A DNA stretch of 64,000 nucleotides, from contig CAVWVQ010000003.1 of the NCBI GenBank assembly GCA_963758525.1, forward strand, positions 3,232,001 through 3,296,000, given 5' to 3'. The notes below the pieces were generated by a model. That model ran no database searches. It saw nothing but the letters and a program-made list of their open reading frames with translations, and was not told where the DNA came from. Origin of the DNA: an uncultured Phycisphaerales bacterium. Its GTDB lineage: Bacteria; Planctomycetota; Phycisphaerae; Tepidisphaerales; Tepidisphaeraceae. Positions within the stretch are counted from its first letter, which is position 1. Each line of letters starts with the position of its first letter. Below, one piece after another: positions 56,834 through 64,000 of the stretch. A program made the position numbers and the translations under genes.

Positions 56834-57856
56834 TCAGAACTCCACGAATACCTCGGTGATGATACCCCATCGCAATTCGTCACGAGCGCCCTGGTCGATC
56901 GGGAGCTGACAGCCGATCTCCACGTGAGGGTCGAACTGGCCCAGCGAGCGAAAATTGACATCCGCGCCGGCGACGCCGAACAGCGCGTCCTGCCCCTGGC
57001 TGGAGAGTGAAGACTGACCATCCAATTCGATGATCGGCGTGAGTTTTTCGATGAACGGCAGCGGCAATTGCTCGCGAGATATTTGATAACCGAGCGATGC
57101 GCCATAGATCAACTGGTCGGTCTGATGCGGAGCGATGGTGAACTGGATCCCGCTCCAGGCTTCGAGGCTGATGTGGTTGCCGATGCGAAGAAGATGCCCG
57201 AGAAACGGTGTGAGCTGCAGGTCGGTGCCGGAAGCGGCGGTTCGCGTGGGAATGCCGACGCCCAGACGGGCAATGGCGGTGTAATCGAAGAAGTCGTCCG
57301 TGCTCACGTATTGGAAGAGCGGGTGATAGATCGCCAGGTCCACGTTTTCAAACCCTCGGGAGTTCGGATTGTCATCGCCCTCGCCGCCCGCTCCGGTGTG
57401 GATGTTGATCTGGTGTTCCGAATCCCACCCGAATTCACCGGCGATGGTCATCTGCCCGAAGATGTTCCACTGAAATCCCGCGTCGATCTCGTCATTGCGC
57501 ACACCACGCTTTTCGCTGTGAAGGTAATCCAACTCAAGCTGTCGTTCTGCATCGAACTCCGGCCCGAGAAACGGATCGGGGAAAAAGTCCCGGCCATAGC
57601 TGGAACGATGATCCAGCAACCCCAAGCAATATCGGCTGGAACCGCCATTTGAAGCCGCAGACGCCGACGGAGCACGTTTCTCGTCATCATCGTCGTCGTC
57701 CAGAAGAGCAATCCGGCGAGGGACGCATGTTTCGATGGCCGCATTCAGAGCAGTCACCTCAGAAGCAGGCTGCGTCGGACCGGCCGCAAGAACAGCCGAA
57801 CCGTCTGCGAGAAGAGTTGCTGTCACGATCGCAAACGCTAGTTGGCCGCTTGTCAT
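56834..57856 (-). CDS. Exported hypothetical protein, possible beta-barrel
   Basis: Signal-like N-terminus, poly-D linker, alternating beta-strand pattern, C-terminal Phe (VFVEF). Confidence 0.55.
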   Translation of the reverse strand: MTSGQLAFAIVTATLLADGSAVLAAGPTQPASEVTALNAAIETCVPRRIALLDDDDDDEKRAPSASAASNGGSSRYCLGLLDHRSSYGRDFFPDPFLGPEFDAERQLELDYLHSEKRGVRNDEIDAGFQWNIFGQMTIAGEFGWDSEHQINIHTGAGGEGDDNPNSRGFENVDLAIYHPLFQYVSTDDFFDYTAIARLGVGIPTRTAASGTDLQLTPFLGHLLRIGNHISLEAWSGIQFTIAPHQTDQLIYGASLGYQISREQLPLPFIEKLTPIIELDGQSSLSSQGQDALFGVAGADVNFRSLGQFDPHVEIGCQLPIDQGARDELRWGIITEVFVEF

Positions 57857-58073
57857 AGGGAGGCGAAGGTTAACGGGTCGTTTTACGGCGGACAACAAAA
57901 CAGCGCCCCGGTTTCTATTTTGCTTCAGCATAAATGCTGGCGCACCGACGCTGACTGCTCCCAGCGTCTCCAATCCCGCAAACAAGCAAGTCGCAGCCCG
58001 GCCCGGGTGCACTGCTCCAGACGGTTCCAAAGCGTCATTCCGCTACAGCCCATCCCGCCAGGAAAACTTTTGG

Positions 58074-58688
58074 TTACGTCTGCTTCTCCGGCATGCGATG
58101 CGGATCGGAGCGAGGTTGCGCCCCGCTGATGAGGATCTCCACAAGTCTTCTGCCGCTCTGCTGCCAGCCGGAACCGGACGACATGTGCGAGGCGCCGATC
58201 AGCGCTTGGAGCAGATCGGCAGGATCGAGATCGCTGCGAATGTCACCGCTGCTGATTGCCCGTTTGATCAGCGCGTCATTTGCCGCCTGAATCAGAGACC
58301 GCGAACCCTCGAACAACTTTGTGGGGCCTCCGGCAACACTATTGAGAGCCGGTGCGATGATCCGCTTTGCGGCGATGAAGTCGACGACCAGCAGCATCCA
58401 GGCGCGCAATGCGTCGAGCGGAGGCATCGTTTCACTGAACTTGCGTTCGGCGGCGGCCAGCTTTTCGACTTCGCTCCGATAGACCGCCTCGATCAAAGTG
58501 TCGCGGTTGGGAAAGTGCCGATACAGCGTGCCGGGTCCGACGCCCGACTTTTTAGCGATATTGTCCAGACTGGCAGTGGCGCCAAAGCGTCTGAACGCTT
58601 CCTTGGCCACCTCCAGGATGCGCTCCCGATTTCGCAGCGCATCCGTGCGAGGTTTTCTTTGCCGGGTTTTCGCGCGTTTCTTTGCCAT
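58074..58688 (-). CDS. TetR/AcrR family regulator
   Basis: R.DA.RNRERIL, IAKKSGVGPGTLYRHFP.R. Confidence 0.93.
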   Translation of the reverse strand: MAKKRAKTRQRKPRTDALRNRERILEVAKEAFRRFGATASLDNIAKKSGVGPGTLYRHFPNRDTLIEAVYRSEVEKLAAAERKFSETMPPLDALRAWMLLVVDFIAAKRIIAPALNSVAGGPTKLFEGSRSLIQAANDALIKRAISSGDIRSDLDPADLLQALIGASHMSSGSGWQQSGRRLVEILISGAQPRSDPHRMPEKQT

Positions 58689-58709
58689 CACCAATTTTAC
58701 ACTTGAAAA

Positions 58710-58754
58710 CGGAGACTGTCTCCGCCTACGCTTGCTTAACCGGAGACGTTCTCC
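58710..58754. promoter_or_regulatory. Two palindromic putative TetR operators
   Basis: CGGAGAC-T-GTCTCCG (58710-58724, perfect) and GGAGA-CGT-TCTCC (58742-58754) between divergent tetR and SDR genes. Confidence 0.75.
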
Positions 58755-58804
58755 ACTTTATTGAGGGACGCGCGGCTCGTCAACAACCACAGAAGGAGTA
58801 TCTC

Positions 58805-59656
58805 ATGCCTGGCAAGATCTGGTTTATCACTGGGGCCTCTCGCGGTTTTGGACGCATCTGGACCGAAGCCGCGCTGATGCGCGGCGATAAAGTTACCGCC
58901 ACGGCTCGCACCTTGGCCGACGTCGCTGATCTGAAGGAGCGCTTTGGAGACTCCGTTCTCCCCCTGGCGCTGGATGTCACCGATACTGAGCAGGTTCAGC
59001 ATGCTGTACGGCAGGCGCACGCGAATTTTGGAAAGCTGGACGTCGTGCTGAACAATGCCGGTTACTCCCTGGTCGGCACGGTGGAAGAAGCGAGCGAAGC
59101 TGAAGTCCGCGCCGTTTTTGACACGAATTATTTCGGCACACTCCGGGTCATCCAGGCTGCCTTGCCGCTGCTGCGCCAACAGGGCAGCGGGCATATCGTC
59201 GGCGTGTCGAGCGGCCTGGGAATCATCACGATGCCACTGATTGGCTTCTATTGCGCAACCAAATGGGCCTTCGAAGCACTGCACGAAAGCCTGGCGGACG
59301 AGGTCAAAGCGTTTGGCATTAAGGTGACGTTGCTGGAGCCCGGAGCCTATGCGACCGGTTTTGGAAGTCCCGCGTCGCGGAAGATGGCGTCGGGCATGGA
59401 CGCCTACGCCAATCTTCGCAAGCAAATGCAATCGACGTTGTCGAGCATCGAACGCGGCGATCCGCAAGCGACAACAGAAGCAGTCCTGAAGATCGTCGAC
59501 GCAAAAGATCCGCCGCTACGTGTCATCCTCGGGAACGTCATCCTGCCTGCGGCGCGGGCTGCCTACGCTGCTCGCCTGGCCACCTGGGAGGCATGGGGAG
59601 CGGTATCGAATGCGGCGCAGGGTCAGTCGCGGGTTGAAGCCATCGCCTCGTTTTAG
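58805..59656 (+). CDS. Short-chain dehydrogenase/reductase
   Basis: RBS AAGGAG; WFITGASRGFG, NNAG, YCATK, EPG. Confidence 0.92.
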   Translation: MPGKIWFITGASRGFGRIWTEAALMRGDKVTATARTLADVADLKERFGDSVLPLALDVTDTEQVQHAVRQAHANFGKLDVVLNNAGYSLVGTVEEASEAEVRAVFDTNYFGTLRVIQAALPLLRQQGSGHIVGVSSGLGIITMPLIGFYCATKWAFEALHESLADEVKAFGIKVTLLEPGAYATGFGSPASRKMASGMDAYANLRKQMQSTLSSIERGDPQATTEAVLKIVDAKDPPLRVILGNVILPAARAAYAARLATWEAWGAVSNAAQGQSRVEAIASF

Positions 59657-59710
59657 CGGGTGGTCACGGCCGAACTTTTACGAAACTCTTACCACAGAAG
59701 GAACAATCTC

Positions 59711-60632
59711 ATGCGTGTATTCGTGACGGGTGCTACAGGGTTCGTTGGTTTCGCAGTCGTCTCCGAGTTGATGAAGGCGGGCCATCAGGTGCTCGGCCTT
59801 TCTCGCTCCGATGCCGGCGATAAATCTCTCGCCGCCGCTGCGCGCAGGTGCATCGAGGGGATCTTCAGGACCTGGAAAGCCTGGGGAGCGGGGCTGCGAA
59901 GAGCGATGCCGTGATCCACACCGCTTTCATTCACGACTTCTCGGAGTTCAGGGAGGTTTGCGAAATTGACCGGCGCCAATCGAGGTGCTCGGCGGCGCAC
60001 TGTCTGGCTCGAACCGCCCGCTGATCGTTAGCGGCGGACTGCACCCCACACCAGGCCGACCGACCACGGAGGAGGATGAGCCGCCGGCTGATTGGCCTTC
60101 TCCCCGGGTTTCGGAACAGACAGCATTGTTGTTTGTCGCCAAGGGCGTGCGGGCGTCGGTGGTGCGCCTGCCACAGGTGCATGACAGGGACAAGGCGGGT
60201 CTGGTCACTTATTTGATTGCGCAGGCTCGCGAGAAGGGAGTCTCCGCCTACGTGGGCGAGGGCTTGAACCGCTGGCCCGCAGTTCACCGACTCGATGCGG
60301 CGAGGCTCTACAGGCTGGCGCTGGAGAAGGGCACCGCCGGCGCGAGGTATCACGCGGTCGCCGAGGAAGGCGTGCCGCTGCGCCAGATCGCGGAAGCGAT
60401 CGGCCGGAGCTTAAAGGTTCCGGTCGTCTCCAAATCCCCCCAAGACGCTGCCGCCCATTTCGGCTGGCTTGCGCTCTTCGCGCAGATGGACGGCCTGGCC
60501 TCCAGTGCCCTGACCCAGCAAAGGCTCGGGTGGCATCCGACCGAGAAGACGGGGCTGATTGCTGATCTCGAACCCCTGCGGGCGGGTAGTAAGGCATTTC
60601 CGACGCCTTCGTCCACGGCTATATTGAGATGA
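59711..60632 (+). CDS. Atypical SDR / NAD-dependent epimerase (frameshifts near 59840 and 59975)
   Basis: [25 protein letters not shown] in another frame; VRLPQVH, NRWPAVH.LDAARLY.LALE. Confidence 0.82.
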
Positions 60633-60768
60633 TGCGGGCCAAGGACGAAGGGATGGACAACGCCGAGCCGCGCACGCCAGCGGCGACCACGCCCACCGCC
60701 TTGCGGGCTTGGTGCGAGCTCGTCCTCAAATCCGCCGCAGTCGGTTGAGTTCTGCGGCCGGAGCCGAA

Positions 60769-61764
60769 ATGTCAAACGAGATGGATCGACGTCAGTTCCT
60801 GGCCGCCGGGGCAATGGCGGTCGCCGTCGGGATGGAGGGCTGCGCCACAGCACCATCGAATCCCCACGAACAAGCTGACACCGATCGATTAAGGGAGCCA
60901 AAGATGGCGAACGACATCAATGACGCAAGCACCGGCGGCCCGTTCGCTTTCGAGACACTGAAGGTAAACAGAGCCGGGCCGGTCCTGTTTGTAACAATTT
61001 CCGCACCGCCGATGAATCTTCTGGGGCCTGAACTAGTGAGAGATCTCGTTTCAATCATTCAGCGAAGTGAGGCTGATAACACTGTTCAAGTGCTGGTATT
61101 CAAAAGCGCTGATCCTGATTATTTCATTTCGCACGTGGACATCACGCGTGTGAGGGAATATCGCAACGAGGCGGCGAAGCTGACCGGCGAAGCGTCGATC
61201 GGGCTCATGTTTCGGCATTTATGCACGAGCCGCCTCGTAACCATCGCGCAGATCGAAGGACGCGTGCGCGGGGCGGGCAGCGAGTTCATATTGGCCTGTG
61301 ACATGCGCTTCGCCGCTCGGGAGTCCGCGATCTTCGGACAATTCGAGGCTGGCTTTGGTCAGGTTCCGGGTGGCGGCGCCGTGCAGCATCTGGCGCGACT
61401 CATGGGTCGCTCGCGCGCCCTTGAGGTGCTTTTAAGCGCTGAAGATTACAACGCCGAACTGGCCGAACGCTATGGCTGGATCAATCGAGCACTTCCCCAT
61501 GCCGAGCTTGATCGTTTCGTCAAATCACTTGCCCACCGGATCGCGAGCTTTCCGGCCGCCGGCCGAGCAGCGGTGAAGGACCGGGTGAACGCGATCACGC
61601 TCGCACCGGCCGACGAGTTCCGTCGGGATTCCAACCTGTTTGCTGAGCTCGTGACTACACCCGAAGCACAGCGTCGCATTACCGCCGCGATGAAGCGCGG
61701 ATTTCAAACCAGGAGTGGAGAAATGTCACTTGCGCGAATGCTGGACGACTTTTCGGCCCCGTGA
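60769..61764 (+). CDS. Enoyl-CoA hydratase/isomerase with an N-terminal Tat-like signal
   Basis: MDRRQFLAAG..EGC; PPMNLL, F.SHVD, GRVRGAGSEFILACDMRFA, PGGG, A.RYGW. Confidence 0.85.
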   Translation: MSNEMDRRQFLAAGAMAVAVGMEGCATAPSNPHEQADTDRLREPKMANDINDASTGGPFAFETLKVNRAGPVLFVTISAPPMNLLGPELVRDLVSIIQRSEADNTVQVLVFKSADPDYFISHVDITRVREYRNEAAKLTGEASIGLMFRHLCTSRLVTIAQIEGRVRGAGSEFILACDMRFAARESAIFGQFEAGFGQVPGGGAVQHLARLMGRSRALEVLLSAEDYNAELAERYGWINRALPHAELDRFVKSLAHRIASFPAAGRAAVKDRVNAITLAPADEFRRDSNLFAELVTTPEAQRRITAAMKRGFQTRSGEMSLARMLDDFSAP

Positions 61765-61828
61765 CAGAAGCGGAGAATTGGGCCCGTCCTGTTGCGCTCC
61801 CGCATCGGACCGCGGCGGTTCGCATCTC

Positions 61829-62113
61829 TCACGCATCGCCTTTGTTCATCACCCAGCCATCCACGATGCTTTGCAGCACAACCAGCGCGCTCTCCGGCAC
61901 GCCGGATGGGAGATAGACCTTGTCGGCGGATTCCTCAATTCCATCTCGAAGCGGCAGCTGGTCGTCGACCAAAGAATTGCCCGAAAGCGAAGGGCGAACC
62001 GTATCTTGCCAATACGGATGCTCCAGGAGGTGCTGGGCAAGGCTGTGCGACTCCGCTCGGCGGACACAGATATAGGGCCGCACTTCGACGATGATTTGGT
62101 AGAGCGCTCGCAT
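61829..62113 (-). CDS. Hypothetical protein
   Basis: Open frame MRALYQIIVEV...; no recognised motif. Confidence 0.3.
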   Translation of the reverse strand: MRALYQIIVEVRPYICVRRAESHSLAQHLLEHPYWQDTVRPSLSGNSLVDDQLPLRDGIEESADKVYLPSGVPESALVVLQSIVDGWVMNKGDA

Positions 62114-62119
62114 CTTTGA

Positions 62120-62182
62120 TGATCTTAGGCAATTTTCCGGCTCCATCGAGAAATCACCGCCGCCAATGGCAACGATCGGCAT
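62120..62182 (-). pseudogene. Peptidase E (S51)-like N-terminal remnant
   Basis: MPIVAIGGGDFSMEPEN resembles the PepE-family start (I.A.GGGGFSMEP.N), then is truncated. Confidence 0.5.
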
Positions 62183-62294
62183 GGCTGGGAAGATGGTTTC
62201 CCGCTGAACGAACTCCAAACTGGTCAATCGATAATCAGCCCGGCCATTGCATCCAAGGCACAGGAGCACCGGCGGTGCTGGTATAATGCCGCAC

Positions 62295-62648
62295 ATGTCG
62301 AATGCGGAGCTGCCATCTTTAGCTGCGGTGTTGCGCGGCGACCCTTACTGCGGGGAATGCGGCTATTCACTCAAGGGGCTCGAAAATTCAGCCCGCTGTC
62401 CCGAGTGCGGAAAGGCCATCATCGACGTCCTGATGCGGCGCAAAATTCATTCGACTCCATCATTTTCTGGGAGGATATCCTCCGACGGCGGCCGAGAGCT
62501 TCCTGCCGATCCCGCTGACCCTCGCGCCAGCGCTTCTGTCGGCCGCCCTTATCGGCGCGCCCTCGCGTTAGTGCGGCTCCGATCGCAATCGCAGCACGGT
62601 TGTTCATCGGCGGAACAGGACCAAAACCCTACGTGGAGGATTGTGTGA
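62295..62648 (+). CDS. Zinc-ribbon protein, probably truncated
   Basis: YCGECGYSLKGL..ARCPECG; extended -10 TGGTATAAT ends 7 nt before ATG; C-terminal half looks non-coding. Confidence 0.5.
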   Translation: MSNAELPSLAAVLRGDPYCGECGYSLKGLENSARCPECGKAIIDVLMRRKIHSTPSFSGRISSDGGRELPADPADPRASASVGRPYRRALALVRLRSQSQHGCSSAEQDQNPTWRIV

Positions 62649-63773
62649 TCGCACGCTTTGAATTAGTGCCTTTGCTCTGGACTCTGCTGTTGGCCATTGC
62701 TCTGACTGCGGCGCAAACTTGCGCAGGTGCCGTCGAAAGAGGCCGGTGCGGGCAAGACGCTCATCGACTACTTCCTGCCCATGCCGATCCGGGCCGCGTT
62801 GTCGAAGGACGTTTGGGGAGCGCCGGGCGTGTTGCCCCGCGACCCGCACAATGGGTTGGAAGATCCCACGATTCAGAAATGGGACTATTGGGATGGGCAG
62901 ATCGTCAAATCTCCGGACGGCAAATACCATCTGTTCGCCAGCCGGTGGGACCATTCCAAGGGACACAAGGGGTGGACCAGTTCCGTGGCGGTCCATGCCG
63001 TGAGCGACGACGTGATCGGCCCGTACGAAGACACGGGCATGCTCTGGCCCGACAACATGGGTGGCAAGGGACACAACGTAACGGCCCTGATCATGCCCGA
63101 TGGGCGCTATGCGGTCACCGTCAGCGAGATCCGACCCGGCGAAGTCTTCGCCTCCAAATCGCCCGACGGGCCGTGGGAATCGCTGGGGAAAATCACCGTC
63201 AAGGACCAGCCCAAGTGGCATGCCTCGAACGTCACGCCGATGCTCCGGCCCGACGGGCAGTACATGATCGTGCAGCGCTCGGGCCAGATCATGCTCGCCA
63301 ACGACATCATCGGGCCTTACATCGTTGGGGGCCCGTCCATCTACAAAGACCTCAAGGACCTGCCTCAGGAGCACCTGGAAGACCCGGCCGTCTGGTACAG
63401 CGGCGGGCTGTATCACATCGTCGTGAACAGTTGGAAGATGCGCAAGGCGTTCCACCTCACCTCAGAGGACGGGCTGACGAACTGGAAGTTTCGCGGCCTG
63501 GCCTACGATCCGACAACCGACTTCATTCGCTACACCGACGGGACGGTCAACCACTGGGAAAAAATAGAGCGGCCCGCGGTCTTCATCGAGAACGGCCACG
63601 TCACGCACTTCACCTTTGCTGTCATCGACATTCCCAAGGAGGAGAACAAAGGCAACGATCGTCACGGCAGCAAGGTGATCGTCGTGCCGTTCGACGGCGC
63701 CGCGATGGACCGCGACCTGGCCGAAATCGTGAAGCAGGAAAAGGCAGCCTCGCAACCCGCAGGGGGAAAATGA
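62645..63773 (+). CDS. Secreted five-bladed beta-propeller glycoside hydrolase (GH43/32/68-like), frameshift near 62730
   Basis: RBS GGAGGA + GTG signal peptide; YWDG..DGKYHLFASRW, GPY, GHN, EDPAVW, ERP. Confidence 0.78.
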
Positions 63774-64000
63774 GGTCGAAGTTGCCTCAGGTAGCTGCCA
63801 GGCGACACAAGCTCAAGCGGTCGCAGATGGTCGCCCGGGGCTCATGCGCCGATCCGACTGTCCGGTTGTCACCCGGTCACCGGCAGGTGTACGATAATGG
63901 ATGAGATGCCGCAGAAAGACCTTCAAATCGAGTTCTCCCTTCGTGGGACACTTTGGCGGCGTCGAGATAACGCCGGCCACCATCGGTTTGCACCGATTTA

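Noticed and set aside
63774..64000. Possible gene at the window end
   Set aside because: Too little sequence and no recognisable motif.

Overview
GC-rich bacterial window, most likely Planctomycetota (Phycisphaerae/Tepidisphaerales-like). This is an inference from the MoxR-DUF58-BatA/vWA operon, CxxCxYxLxGL..CPECG zinc-ribbon proteins and the intergenic repeat style. Layout: (i) 0.8-25.5 kb: a large glycan-modification island with two split transketolase pairs, a HAD hydrolase, a kinase, a Zn-dehydrogenase, five methyltransferase domains, three polyprenyl-phosphate-type GT2 domains and four GT-C/YfhO-like membrane proteins. (ii) 25.5-38 kb: ribokinase, a MoxR/DUF58/vWA operon, tRNA-Val(TAC), a VOC protein, a fused AhbAB-like protein and galM. 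(iii) 38-48 kb: tandem zinc-ribbon membrane proteins, and a livKHMG..F operon interrupted by a Tat-signal SAH-hydrolase-like gene plus a CYTH gene, then a ParDE-like pair. (iv) 48-53.5 kb: egtBD next to a betaine-type ABC importer. (v) 53.5-64 kb: a histidine kinase, SDRs with a TetR and its operators, a Tat enoyl-CoA hydratase, gene remnants and a secreted glycoside hydrolase. Best new observations: a 109-bp MITE-like element with an 8-bp target duplication inserted in frame into two protein genes; the Tat-SAHH-like/CYTH insert in the liv operon; and the lipid-carrier branched/methylated-sugar glycosylation island. Many single-base frameshifts look like long-read indel errors. All calls are by eye; no database search was run.
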